Below are positions 37,662-51,844 of a DNA stretch of 64,000 bases, piece by piece. Below the pieces are notes generated by a model. The model did no database searches and had not been told where the DNA came from. It saw only the letters and a list, made by a program, of their open reading frames with translations. The DNA comes from Haliotis rubra (taxonomy: Eukaryota), in NCBI RefSeq assembly GCF_003918875.1, contig NW_025764892.1, positions 2,108,001 to 2,172,000 of the forward strand. Direction: 5' to 3'. How positions within the stretch are numbered: the first letter of the stretch is position 1; every line of letters starts with the position of its first letter. The position numbers were made by a program, and so were the translations under genes.

Positions 37662-38487
37662 CGGTGGGGGACCGTAGTCATGTGGTTATTTAAAGCGTTT
37701 GCTCATCACGCCGATGGAAGGGGTTCCATTCAACACATGGGTGCAGTGTATGAAGTCCATTTCTGATGTCCCCTGCCCTAATATTGCTGGGATATTGCTA
37801 AAGTTGGCGTAGAGCCCCACACATAGTCACTGTTGCAACTTGAATGACGGAACAATGAGTTCAGCTCTAATCAGCCGCCATAATTATACGTGTTAACGTC
37901 GAAAGACGTTCATACACCCTTGCCAACTTTAGGTGCGGTGAGGGCGATGGGGCTAGTCTAGTGGTTAAAGCGTTCGCTCGTCACGCCGATGACCCGGGTT
38001 CGACTCCCCACATGGGTACAATGTGTGAAGCCCATTTCTGGTTTCCCCCGCCCTGATATTGCTGAAATATTGCCAAAAGCGGCGTAAAACTGAACTCACT
38101 CAATTCCTGTTGACGTGCATTCCTCCTTTTGTATTTAGTGTGCATTGGAACATTAGTCCCATGTCCTGATGAACGGTCCTGTTTATAATTACTTGTAGTC
38201 TGTCATACAGACCCTGAAGCAAATATATCCAAGAAAGCCCACGCAAGTCTAGAAAATGTGGCAAGTCTAGATTTCCACAGCTTCAGGAAAATGAAGAAAG
38301 TCTCAGGGCTCCTTTTCATTAGGGCGGTGGGGTAGCCTAGTGGTTAAAGCGTTCGCTCGTCACGCCGAAGGCCCGGGTTCGATTCCCCACATGGGTACAA
38401 CTTGTGAAGCCCCTTTCTGGTGTCCCCTGCCGTGATATTGCTGGAATATTGCTAAAAACGGCGTAAAACCATACTCAGCCAGTCAGT
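37662..38487 (+). mobile_element. Cluster of three SINE family 1 copies (37662-37830, 37942-38101, 38322-38487)
   Basis: Consensus matches. Confidence 0.85.
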
Positions 38488-38823
38488 AGCCTTTTCATTA
38501 TATATATATTTTTTTATTATGAGCTTTTTCTCTGTAAAATATTTTCATTTCAGAGACTAGTTGTTAGCCTAGTTTACTTGCTATTTCAATAGTTCATGTA
38601 ACAAATATCCAAAGTCAGAGAAAGTAAAGTTTTAATGTCACGTGAATATCTAGTTCAAATTCCATGGACGCGTATTAGTGTCATAAAACGATTATCATCT
38701 ACGTATAGCTGACACTTTCATCAATATTCAACAACGACGGACCTGTTTTATCACGGATGTGATGATGGTTCATGCATGTGTACAAGGTTGTATATTGCCA
38801 TCAACTACAGTCTGTCACAATCT

Positions 38824-39065
38824 ACCCGTGAAGGTCAGGGTTAGACTTGGTCTTCAGTAACCCATGCTTGTCGTAAGATGCGACTAACGGGATCGGGTGG
38901 TCAGGCTCGCTGGCTTGGTTGACACATGTCATCGGTTCCTAATTGCGCAGATCGATGCTCATGCTGTTGATCACTGGCTTTTTGGTCCAGACTCAATTAT
39001 TTACAGACCGCCGCCATATAACTGGAATATTGCTGAGTGCGGCGTAAAACTCAACTCACTCACTT
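38824..39065 (+). mobile_element. SINE-like family 2, full length
   Basis: Consensus match with (ACTC)n tail. Confidence 0.9.
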
Positions 39066-39554
39066 ACTTGTAATCCAAAGTACAGGAGGGAGGTAGGTGA
39101 TAGCAGAGGAAGACGTAGAAACCTCGTCAGGATGTTACATAAGACACGCGATAATGACATTAAAGAGTGTAAGATTCGTTTGCATTATTTCTTACGCGGC
39201 ACATTCTGCTTCATTCGGAGATTGTTTCACACGTCATGTGCAATTGTGGTCATTATCCACTCAATTGATTTTCCTGGTTATCCAACAGGACAAACGACCA
39301 AGTCCGTCAAACAACTGATTCCTTGGTTTCGCAGCTTTACCTCCAGTCGTTTCTTTCTCCGCCTGTGGTGCCAGTACTTGCATGATAAGGGAATACGGAT
39401 ACCTTTTTGCCTGTTTTAAGGCTCTCCCCTGCCTGAGTGAAGTCCATAAGGATACACGAAACTTAAATGCATTTAGTTATGGTCCGCGCAGTTTTCTCAA
39501 TAATCAAACCTTGTATTTGTAATCGAGCCTTTCAAAGTAAATCAGAAATTGTAA

Positions 39555-39768
39555 TAAGCAAGGTAAGCTACTTCATGGATGGCAACTTCTGTAGTATATT
39601 ATGATGCGACGTTTCGGAATAGGTTCTTATACGGTTGTTAAGCACTCGTTGTCAAGCAAGTGTGTTTTTTACGTCAATAAGTGTCGCATCATAACTTAAA
39701 GAAGTCGCCATTCATAAAATATCTTACCTTTCTATCATTTATCAACTTCTAAAATGCCAATCAAACAG
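39555..39768 (+). mobile_element. Fold-back element copy B
   Basis: 14-bp TSD ATCAGAAATT(G/C)TAA (39541-39554 / 39769-39782), inverted arms, tail CAACTTCTAAAATGCC. Confidence 0.75.
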
Positions 39769-40124
39769 ATCAGAAATTCTAAGTTTATGAAATATTTATT
39801 ATTGTTATGTATTTTCTTTACTTGTTGTATCCTGTATTGAGTGAGTGAGTGACTGACTGGTACTGCGATATCCTGCAACGTCCTGAGACCTGGCATCCCT
39901 ACCACAAAGCGATCGTGGCGCCAAGGTGATCGTAACTCCAATGGACTTACGATAGTGTCAGCGCTGGCATCGCTTTGTGGAACGGGGCACTCAATCTGAC
40001 AAATCACCTTATGTGAAGGCCGTTATTTAAAGAGATCTTAGGTGATCGAAACTTCCATACCATAGACTTACGACAGTCGGCGCTACGATTGTTTTGTAGA
40101 AAGGCACCCTGTACAGTGTGAGCG

Positions 40125-40470
40125 AGCTGACTGACTGACTGACTGAGTTTGGTTTTACGCCGCTTTTAGCAATATTCCAGCAACCGTGAGCGAGCTGAGT
40201 ACTTTGAGCGGCATGTAACATTATTCCAGTAACATTTGGGCATTTCAGTTGAACTGATTGCTTGATAACCTGATAGTTGTTTAACGCCGCATTCAGCAAT
40301 ATTCCATCTATATGGCGGCGGTCTGTAAATAATCGAGTCTGGACCAGACAATCCAGTGATCAACAGTATGAACATCGACCTACGCAATTGGGATACGATG
40401 ACGACTCAACCAAGACAGCGAGCCTGAACACACGATCAAGTTAGTCGACTTTTACGACAAATATGGGTTA
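40125..40470 (-). mobile_element. SINE tail fragment (40125-40185) and a partial family 2 copy (40280-40470)
   Basis: Consensus matches. Confidence 0.75.
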
Positions 40471-40779
40471 CGTGGTGAGGTGAAAGAACATTTCGCTCAT
40501 ATGACTACGTACATGCGTGTTTGTGTGGCTGCTTGTACTAGCGCATACTTAAGCTGGTTTTATAGTGCTAGCTCACCGAGATATAGTATGACCAGAAATT
40601 ATTGAGAATTTTAGGAATATGTTTAATTGGATTTCTAGTATAAACAACCTTGACCAGCTATCAAGTGCTTGGTTTCATTCAAGAGAGACAACTCCGTTAA
40701 TCCTTTTTCATTAAATTGTGAAGAGTTATCCCCCTTTGTTTACTTGCTCGCAGACGACATTTTCATTGATCCTCAGTAT

Positions 40780-41714
40780 GGATGATTTAGAGAGAAGATG
40801 AAGTTGAATTTAGAGTATTATAACAAGGACATCAGATCAGCTTAAGTGATTTCATGTAGAACAGGCATCCCTTTGTCCATTGTTTATCGTATTTGAAAAA
40901 TATTGCAAATGGATATGGCATTGAGCACCAGGGAGGCGCAGGTAGGCCTCAGAAAATTGACTGTCGGTGACAGGAGACGGCTTGGTATTCTTGTTTCTAA
41001 AAACAAACGAAGGAGTTTAGAAAACTAAAGGCTGGATATGATTGATAGAGGAACTGTGACTGTCTGTAAGGAGACAATTAGAACTGAGCTGCATGCAATG
41101 GGTTGGCAGAAAAGTCGAGGAATTCCATCACCGATCATGAAACCTGAACAAAAGGAGCGAAGGTTGAACTGGTGCTTACAGCATAGAAATTTTAACTGGG
41201 ACAATGTGATTTTCTCAGATGAAAGTTCTATGTGGCTGTTTCCTAATACACTGAAATTCTGGACCAAACAAACTGAAAAACTTTTGTATCAACGCCTAAA
41301 GTGCAGTCCGAAATTGCACGTGTGGGGTGGCATATCTGTGTTAGGGGCAACGCCCCTCTGTGTACTTTAAGGGAATATGAACAGTGAGCGGTACACAGAT
41401 ATTCTCGAGGGACATTAACTTCCATCTGCTCACGTGTTCTATGGAAATTTTTTGATTTTCCAGCAGGACAACGACCCATAACATCGTTCAAGGCATTCAC
41501 AGGCCTGGTTTCGGACCCAAATATGACATTATTAGATTGGCCAAGCTATAGCCCTGACCTAAATCCAATAGAATATGTTTGGGGATTTATGAAGGAAAGT
41601 GTCAATAAGAAAAATATTGCTGAAATGAAAGAAGAGGTGGTCCGATATTGGGACAGAGTAATAGTTTCAATAATCAAAAGGTGTATTTGTAATCGTACCA
41701 TATTTTACTTCTAA
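40780..41714 (+). pseudogene. Degenerate Tc1-family DDE transposase
   Basis: WDNVIFSDESS, LHVWGGIS, FQQDND, WPSYSPDLNPIEYVWG, with in-frame stops and frameshifts. Confidence 0.9.
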
Positions 41715-42259
41715 AGCATCTTGCTACTATAGTATTTTTTATTTCCTCAACAGTCAAAGACGTAATTAATTTTTCAAACATTTTCCGGGATATTTCTTTA
41801 CTTCTCATAAAATCCCACACACTTCATTATAACGCAGCCAAAGTTTATAGCACATGACAAGCATTGATGATACAGTGATATATCAGTCAATGTTTATTAG
41901 ATACTCATGTTGAAGAAAAACATATGTTCCTCTCCAAAATTATTGTTCAGCGTCACAAGTAAAAAATTAAATAAAGTAAAACACACAGCACATGATTTGA
42001 TTACTATATTTTAAATAAAATGTCACTGTAGATCAATAGGCAAAAAATGAGGTGTGTCAGAGCAGACATATCTGATCAGTAAATGAAATCAAGGTAACAG
42101 CTGTTTCATCATTTTAATGAAAATTCCACAGAATCAGATTCACAATAAAATGTGTCACATCTCCAAACACTGTCATCAGCTGGATATTTTAACAGCCTGT
42201 CAGTGAGCAGATGAGGAATTAACGTTTCAAAACAACACCATTTCATGTATCAAAAATGG

Positions 42260-42500
42260 GTAAGTGAGTTTAGTTTTACGCTGCACTCAGCAATATTCCA
42301 GCTATATGGCGGCAGTCTGTAAATAATTGAGTCTGGACCAGACAATCCAGTGATCAACAGCATGAGCATTGATCTGCGCAATTGGAAACTGATGACATGT
42401 GTCAACCAAGCAAGCAAGCCTGACCACCCGATCCCGTTAGTCGCCTCTTATGACAAGCATGGGTTATTGAAGGTTAATTCTAACCCGGATCTTCACGGGT
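42260..42500 (-). mobile_element. SINE-like family 2, full length
   Basis: 12-bp TSD GTATCAAAAATG. Confidence 0.9.
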
Positions 42501-43196
42501 GGTATCAAAAATGAATAAATAGAGTCCTTGATCTAACATATAGAGTTTTTATTTCCTGAAAAATGAGTTGATCTATAACATCTTATACAATGATAAAATC
42601 ATAATTGTTTTTAAACAGCTACCTTGCTCAGACCCATGTACAATTCTTGGTGATTGATGTACATACAGATTTTACACATCTCACTTCCACACACACCTGA
42701 TAACATCTCCAACAAACCATACCTCATGTTTTTGGTGGATGTTCCTCCTGTTCCTCCTTAACCGACACCCCTACCCACCGAAATAAATATACACAAACAA
42801 ACACTAAACTCCCAAAACGCTTTCAGTAGAAGCAAAAATTAGGTAAGGTAGGATTCTTATTTTGTGTTGATGTTTTATAAGGACCGTAATTTTCAGTATG
42901 CAGGTATGTCTGTTTTCAGAAGCACATAATGATTTGTTAACTAGGGTGACACTCAACACATTATTTTAGTAGTATGAAGTCAACAATACTGGGGTGGTAT
43001 TGTTGTAAACCCATAAAAAATAGCAAAAATGATAACGAGCCAGTAGGAAACAAGAAAAATATTTTCAGGTTCATTTTAATGTCATTACTGAGTGCTTACT
43101 GCACAGCATCACAGATTAGGCAAACATACTTTTCTAAAAGTGCTTGTTGACTGTTATCTTAAAACTGCCACATAATATAGTCATGCCTAGCCAAAC

Positions 43197-43360
43197 CTGA
43201 CTGACTGAGTTTGGATTTATGCCGTTTTTAGTAATATTCCAGCAACATCATGGCGGGGAACACCAGAAATGGGCTTCACAAGTTGTACCCATGTGGGGAA
43301 TCGAACCCGGGTCTTCCGGTGAAGAGCGAACGCTATAACCACTAGGCTACCCCACCGCCA
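43197..43360 (-). mobile_element. SINE family 1
   Basis: Consensus match. Confidence 0.9.
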
Positions 43361-45329
43361 CTGTAACTGAAGGATTTAGATGTGATCCACACAACTGGTG
43401 CATGATGAAACACAGCAAGACACTGAGAATGTCCACATGAAGGATCCATTTGTACATCAAAGTTACATCAATTTTACCTCAGAATTGCATTGAAACAGTA
43501 TATTATATAATTGCATACGTCAAATTAGTCTCAATACAAAAGGGAAAATGTGATATATCAAACATATTTTTTTATTTATATGCAACACAAGATGGCACAT
43601 GATTTATCCAACACAATTTTAATATACATGCAGCCTGTGTACTGGATAGCAAATTGAATCAGTGTCTGGAGTAGATGTTGTTGACCTGAATAGTGAAACA
43701 CTTTTGATACCAACATATCTATACAGATAGGAAAGTATACCTGTAGAAACAATTGTACATGATTAGTTTGTGCATAAAACCCAGATTACTGCTTCAAAAT
43801 GCTCCGGATGATCAAAATGATCTATAGAAATTGAGACCCCAGGTTCTGTAGCTCACTTGACTTATGACAAACATTCTGGTACACATATCAGCATCAAGTT
43901 ACAATACCCTGAAAGATTCAGGTAAAATGAAACAAAAGGTTTTTGTGCATTACACGTTAGAAAAATGATACCATGAATACAATTGGATCTTCTACACAAA
44001 GTTTGAGACCTGCGCGCAAAGTAATCCTGAAGATCAAAATTTCAACTTTTTTTAGTTTCATTTGATTTTTCAAATATTAAGAAAGCAATACAGTCAGTGT
44101 CAAGGTTATCAAGAGTAGAGGCTGGAAAGGCCATTCTTTGAGATACTGCGGGACAATAGCCCATGCCTCCACAACTGAAGCAATGGCTGTTTCGGCTATG
44201 ACAAGCCCTGGGGTAACCAACACACCAGTAAATCTGGCAAAATTGCTGACCAGCTATCTGTGAACACATTGTGCCTGCTTGAGCTTGCTTCACTATTTCC
44301 TGCTATATATATATACTATTGAAGGATTATCATATGTGTCTGGACCATCCGATTGATACTTCAAGCCTCTTCCAATGTTCAATATCTGATGATTATTATT
44401 CAGACATCATGCAGAAACCTACTTTTTGCCATTGCTCCCCAATATATGCAGATAACATGATGGTACTCATTGGTAGGCAAGTGCATGGTTGGGGTTAAAG
44501 ATAAGGTTTCCAAATGTCGTACAACAGCATTTTCACTTCGGTGACACAGGCTATTACGCTTTAAAGGATGAATCTGGATCAAAATTCATATACAGGGAAC
44601 ATGTATGTTTTGCCTAACTAGACACACCAAATTTAACACCTATTTGAAAAAGGATGGCTGACTCATAGTCTATAGTGGCCATGGTGGCCATATTACATCA
44701 GAATCAAATGAGAAAATATGCAGATATTCCATATCTGGAATCATTCGTACAAAGTTTCCTCTTGCCTTTGTAGTATAAGGTAAGACAAATGTCAGACTAC
44801 AAAACTTGGCGCGTGAAAGTTAAATGCTGTTAGGTAATTAGGAAAATCAAACTATGACAAAAAATCTTATATGTTTTTTTTCAAGCAGAAAAGGCTGAGA
44901 GATGGCCAGAAATGACATTTTCTCTGAGGCCATCATGCACTTTGTATCAACATCATAGCTGTTATTTCTTAAAGTTTTAGCTCATGAGGTCTTGTATTTT
45001 TCACAGCAGAAAGTTAAAAATGGGCAGACATAGATAACACAAACTCACCTGACTTTAATCCAGGTGAGCATAAAATGTTACTGAAGTCATATGAAGACAG
45101 CCAACATGACACAGCTAAAGTTTCCAGCAAATAAGCAAAAAGTGAGAAACAAATTTGTCGTATATGCATGGTGATAAACTGAAAAGCCCTCCATTTTGTT
45201 TTAATAAGAAATAACAAGTACTTACCAAGGATTATTATTAATATGTACAAAGTAATAATTGACAACATTAAGAAATCTCACAGATTCGCGCATGTACAAA
45301 TAAAATCACAAACAATCCATTACCGACCC

Positions 45330-48300
45330 TCACGTTGACTTGCCAGCACAGCAGTCCTTTGTAGGCACAGTCTGAGACACAGAAGGACACTCAGGGTCAT
45401 TGTCCTGGGAAGCACATTTGTCTAAAATGTCAGATGCATCCAGCTCTGCAGATGTCCCCTCATTGAAGACAGTGTCAAGGTCACTTTCAGGCACAGAGTT
45501 CATGGTTGTGGAGCTTGGGGTGGGCTCAGTGAGAGAGAAAGAACTTTGTGATGGGGTGATGGTGGCTGCTGGGGCTGGAACGCCCTCGGGAGACGGAGTC
45601 TGGTATTTCTTTCCTCTTCTCTTTCCCAGCACTTTCAAATAGTTTGCTGGCAACAGCCCTGTATTGCTTCCATCCACAGATCCAAGTAGCCACCCTCGTA
45701 CCTTGGGCTGCATCTCTGCAAAACACAAACACAACAAGGTTGCATGTGAGGCCTGCAAAGATGATCATATGTGCCGACTCAGAGTATTCAAATGCTATAA
45801 TTAGTTGAACTAAACTAATATATCTGTTAATTACTGACAGTAAAAATCATAATAAAAGTCACAAGAAACTTTGAAGTTTGTGTGAAGTTGTCTGACCAAA
45901 ACTTCATTACCTGATCCTATGTGTATCCAAGAAAACAGCAATAATGGTGAAAGCACAACTAAAATTCAATACTTAGCCCACAACATTATGACATGATTTT
46001 ATCAGTTTTATGCAAACATGATTAGCAGGCCAATTAAGCATTACAAACAAGCAGACACTGCAACAGTTGTACAAGTTTAAAATCCCCATTTTCAACTTAT
46101 TTTCCCCATTATCAATTCATATTTCGCCATGTTGAAGGCATTCCCACCATAATGCCTTTTATTCATCAACAAACCAAGCTATCAGTGCTGACAGGAAATG
46201 TCCATCATCTTACTGAATCACTTGGGCTTTATTCACTAAGAAAAAAAGGGTTCTTCTCATTTTGTTTTACACTCAAATTGTCTGGGTTTTTCAATAATCT
46301 AACCCTTTCTGGTATTAATCATACACTATGTCAACAGGCCATAAACCATACTCTTTAGCAACATTTCTAGAAGAGTTGGGAGAAATTACTGAAAACATTG
46401 TTTGAACAATGAAATTTAGAATGGTTAATAAGAAGCATTATGAACTGTCTGAGGCATTAGAAAATGCTGAAGAAAAAACTGGTTACAGATTAAAATGTTT
46501 ATGTTAACCTAACTATGCCGATGGATGCACACAAACCTTTAGGAGCAATGTTGATCATCTGTCCGGCAGTGAAGGATAGTTCATTGTTGTTGCTTGCACG
46601 GAAGTCATACTCAGCTCGGGCAACAAAGTGATCCTCGTCCCCGTTTGCCCAGCTGTTGGTCTCATCTGGATATAACAGAGTATCAATGGTGGACAGTTAT
46701 ATAATAAGTATGGGTAATGATCTATAGTACTTCTGTACATGGCTATTGATTTCATATATAGAAATGAAACCATTTCAAAGAAAATGTTTGTCTAAGTGTT
46801 AAGTAATTTCATGATTTTAATCAATAATTTTTCCAAGGATACTGACAAAATCTTCAAAGGTAAGGCAGTTTCTGTTCCCAATTTCATTTGGCTGATTACA
46901 TATTGTTGCCAAAGCTTTTGTCACTATTTTACCCTTGTCAGCATGGTAAGATTATATTATTACTGATACATCTACTTGTACTGTTTACAGTAAACAGTGA
47001 TGCATTGTCAGTATTACTGACTGTGATGTCAAACAATTTTCACTCTCTATTCCCATTATTCATGTATAAAAGTTACGTTTAATGATTTCATAAACCAGTA
47101 ATCACCTTCAAACCATGTATATCACAACACAACCATGACAATGTTAACAGCAATGCACTGACAAGTATGATGAAGCATAATGAAATATACGCACCAATGC
47201 CAGTTGAGAAGGACCTGAGGATTTTCCAGATAAGCCAGGGACCTCCAAGGATGATGCCAAAGAACATGAAAATGGGCCAGGCACTGTTCTTGGGTGTGGG
47301 TTCCCCAGGGGCCAGTTTGGCTGCAGCCTGGGAGACAGCATCATTCCAGGCCTGGGCTGCATGACCTGGTGGTCGCAATCGCAGCAGTTCCAAGAAGCGC
47401 CTGTAGATGTATTTAAGGGTCCGAATGAAAGCTAAAGCAGATATCACAGAAACAAGCTGACTCCTCAGTCTGGACATGTTGTCAGCCACACCGATCACAG
47501 CCCGGAATGAATTATACACTGCCTGGAAGGTCGAGTCCATCATCATTCCTACAGAAGTCACTGCACTCACAACATTCTCAATAGCCTGGAAGGCTGGCCG
47601 AGAATTCTCCTCTGCTTGGCGGGCAAATGTTCCCATTGAATCCTGGTTTCCACCGAATCTATTGTATCCTCCTCCATAACCACCATACCCATAGCTGCCA
47701 TAGGAGCTATAAGGGCTGTTATACATACCACCACCATAGGAGGAATAAGGGCTGTAACCTAGTGAACTTCCCATACCATACCCTCCTGCATATGGACGGG
47801 CTCCAAATGTATTCTGAGAAGGACGAGTTGGAACTGGTGGTGGTGCACTGGTTGTGCCCTGAACACAGCATGGTGCAGGTGTACCCCTAAAAACAACAAA
47901 GTTATAAGTGAGTGAGTCATATAAGTCACATTGCAGTATTTCAGCCATATTGTGACTATGTCAAGTTATATATTGATAATAATCATAGGTAAATCATAAA
48001 AACCTGTCAACAAAGGACAGTAAAACAATTAGTTTATCACAGATAAACATTCAAAAACCAGTAAGTAAATTTAAAACATTTTAACTATACAAGACGATAC
48101 AATATAAAAACAGGCTATAGATTGCCAACAACTAAAGGTAGATCACAACAAAGTTACAAAATCAAAAAGATATGCTTATTCATGAAAGTAGTATCATTCT
48201 GAAACATTTACATGTTCAGGGATAAATCTCTGCCTTTTGCTAGGCAAACATCTGATCTGATTGACCTGCATGGTGGCACATAAGTCTGTGCAGGCATTAA

Positions 48301-50142
48301 TAAACTGAATGTCACTTCCGACAGCAATTGGTAAAATGTGATTGATAGAAGCATTTTACATGTCATTGCCAACGGTGGGATACTGCTGTCATAACATCCT
48401 TAACATGGCTTGAAGAACAATACACATGACTGCCATGTTGTTTACAATAGCTCTGTTACTTCAATGTAAAATCATTGGGATTACAATTTGGATTCATTTT
48501 TATTCCTAAAATAGCCTGCGATTTATAGTAATTAGTATCTAAGTACTGTTTATCCACTAATCTTAATTATTGTATAATTGCTCTTGCAGCTTACAGTTGA
48601 CTGAGCACAGATGCTATTATTTATCTTCATTAAGCAAGAGACTATTTGCACTGATTAAGCACGTTCATCATGCTCATGATAATCAGATATCCAATGGAAA
48701 CACAAGTAGACACAGGTGACAGATATATTTATTTCTGCAATAAAAGCCAGGTATTTCTTATGCTTGTAATTCTCCTCTGTATTTTCTACGTGAGAAAAAG
48801 CCATAGGTAAACAGGGTTGGAAATAACTTTAAAATTGCTAGTGTACTCCGGCACATGTAAAATCTCTTGCCCTGATAATTTTTCCACTATACCGGCCAAT
48901 TTTATTGTTGATTTTTTAAATAAACAACATACATGTAATTAACATTGGAAAGTCAACTGGACACCGGTACAGCGTACTACAGCGTGATATAGAAATTTGC
49001 AAGCCTGACAGAAAAAAACACTGGACTGGGACGTCGGGCAATGGGTTATTTCCACCCCTGGGTAAAGAGTATATGAGGGAAATATATGATATAGGCGTTG
49101 AATTGAGGAAATATGACAAATGGGGCAGTTTATGACTGTGAATTTTTCAAATGTACCAAGATTTAAAAAATGAAATTTTGCAGTAACTTTCATGAAAGGA
49201 TAGCTATACAGAGTTTTACACCCGGCATGAGATAAGTTCTGAGTCTGATGTCACACATAACCAATTCAGTTCTCAAACCAATGCAAAATAATTCCTCAAA
49301 CAGAAAAGCAGACATCACAGGGTAAGTTGTCTTATTCATAACATTGTCATGCACATATAATGATGCAAAACAATATGTAAAGAGAATTGAAATGTTTGCA
49401 CCTGTTTTTGTTTTTTTTCGGAATAAGTGTGTATATTTACAAACAAGAGAAAAGTCTGTTCATATGATAAGCCTACATTCACAGTGCAGTCACTGGAGCA
49501 GAAACTGTTTTTGCAGGTTATCACAAATTTAAGCTCACCTGTTATCAGTTTTGTTTACAAAAAATGTTTCAGAAAGGTTGATGTATGTGTGATAAGAGTT
49601 TGAGATAATAGATTTATTCTGGTTTAAATCAGGTCACCAGTTTCCATTTCTGTCACGTCCTACACATATGGTAGCTTGTATTGATTCAGTTCAGGACAGA
49701 GTAAATGTGTGAATACTGAATATATTATAACAAAATAAGGCTAACACCAGATTACAATTGCGGAAAGGGTCCAGTCAAATACATTCTTACCAAAATGCGA
49801 GTCTACAAGAAACGATTCTAGTGCCACATTCAGTCCCTCATCGCGAAACTATAATCATCGCTGGTAAACTGCACTGCAACATGGCAAGTCTGTAAGGTAT
49901 TTGTCTGTTCGACAGTGATGGTAAAAAGAAACTAAGGGTCGTGAAGAACCATCGTCATGGGCAAAGTCCACTGTGGTATTCTACTCATCATTGAGGCAAC
50001 ACATCCCGTGTCAACCCGTACTTCTGACGCAGTGACAAATATTTGTTATTGCTACCTACCCAGACATGCTGTTGACGGGAGCGGGGCCTGGATTTTGACT
50101 GTTAACACCAGCTCTCTCCCACGGCTTCAAGGGTGCAGCCAT
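45330..50142 (-). CDS. PEX13: Peroxisomal membrane protein PEX13 (4 exons, 429 aa)
   Basis: Exons 50060-50142 (MAAPLKPWE), 47195-47886 (YG-rich region, AEENSRPAFQAIE, FQAVYNSFRAVIGVA, TM WPIFMFFGIILGGPWLIWK), 46537-46665 (SH3 ARAEYDF..ELSF), 45330-45715 (VRGWLLGSVDG..GLLPANY). Phases are consistent. Confidence 0.95.
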
Positions 50143-51354
50143 ATTGGGTGACACTGACACCTGGTGATAACACAAGGTAACTCTCAGTGCAAAACGAAGG
50201 TTCTAACTGGGCTCCTGTCTACCTCAACTTGTATAAGCGCTAAGCTTGCGCCGCATACAAACAATGGATCCAGTTTAAGGTTTTGATCAGTCAGGACGTG
50301 AGGAAAATTTGGTATTTTTTGGCGATTATGATTCACTGAAATCTCAGTTATTTCTCATTTGAACTTTCGTTGATCTGGTGTGTTTTTCTTTTACTGACCT
50401 TGTGTAGACATATTTGGTTAAGAAGTACAATATGCACGTCTTACTGGTTTTACGAATCGACAGAACGTTTAAGGATAGTAAAACATGAATTCTTTTACGA
50501 GCTTGAGAACGACTGATATACTTGTAAGTGTAATGATTTATTCAGATAATCCGACTTTTTATGATTATTTTCTGTTACTAACAGTGTATGAATTAATTTT
50601 GAAAAGTCACTGGCCAGCCAAAATGGTGCTAGCCCACATCATACTTTACTGGCCCTGCAAAATATCAATATCAAAATGCACATAGGTCAGAATTCGTGTG
50701 ATGTTTGGTAATTGAAGATGGTAAGTTACTGTCGCCCATTGGAAACAAAAATCAAACAAACAGAAAAACTAAGATTTCATTCTTTATTCCTTAAACACAT
50801 GTTGTCCAGAGAAATCACTGTTCCAATGTGCAGCTCACGTCTAGTGCAAAAGATATGCTAGCAACCTTCATTATACTCATGTACACGTATATTAAATAAA
50901 GAACAAATTATCTGAGATTTTCAGCTCGCCAGTCGCTGTAGCTTTAACAATATATTACTGGCCCGATTCACAATCAGCTAGCATTTGGCTAGCGGACCAG
51001 TAGCTATTTCGAACAGTACATTTGACATATTTGTATCGTCACAAGGTATCCATAAGAGAGATGTCTTGCTGTCTATATCTACGGTACATACAGCTGTATT
51101 TCTTCCTCACACCATCTCTTGAAAACAATAATGCAATGAAGCCCCTTGTACTAAGTATTCGAAACACCTTATTTGAAACTTTGCGTCAATGCCGAATATG
51201 TAAATGTGTGGGGTGAAAATTTGAATGGATGAATGGATGATGTCTTGGACTGTTCGGGATTTGCTGAAAACCACGTGCACGGATAAGGTGCAAACACAAC
51301 CTGTTTCTGGCACGAGTAAGCGGCGCAGCGATGCATATTTTTGGGTCAGGGATC

Positions 51355-51492
51355 AAGTGATCAACAGCATAAGCATCGATCTACGAAATTGGGATACGAT
51401 GACTTGTGGGTCTGACCACCCGATCCCGTTAGTCGCCTCTTTGAGACAAGCATTGGTTCCTGAAGACCAATTATAACCCGGATCTTTATGGT
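51355..51492 (-). mobile_element. SINE-like family 2, partial
   Basis: Consensus match. Confidence 0.75.
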
Positions 51493-51844
51493 TCCGCGCA
51501 GCACTACAAAGTGAAGTGCCTTAGCATCTGGCTCGCCCATTCTAATCATTTTGCGTTGACTTCTGGTATGATCAGCTTCCACCATTTGCGCAGTGATCTC
51601 CCCAGTGTCTTCACTACTCCTTGGTAATGGTGGCCCCACTGTTTTCACTGAGTGACCCACTCTGCTACCATCCACCAATTGTGTTGGAAAAGAATTCAAT
51701 TTATATAGCACTGTAGATTTTGATAAAAGAAAAGTTCAGGAAAGTAATCTTTGAAAAATACTTTATAACATAGAAAATAACAAATAGTAATATGAGTACA
51801 ATTGGCATTTGACTGCATCACAGTTCATTGTGTAGTTCTTTGTT

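Noticed and set aside
38824-38895. Assignment of the family 2 leader to HDV, pistol, twister or group I ribozyme classes
   Set aside because: Helix order and conserved nucleotides do not match any of these consensus folds. It is kept only as an unclassified structured-RNA candidate.
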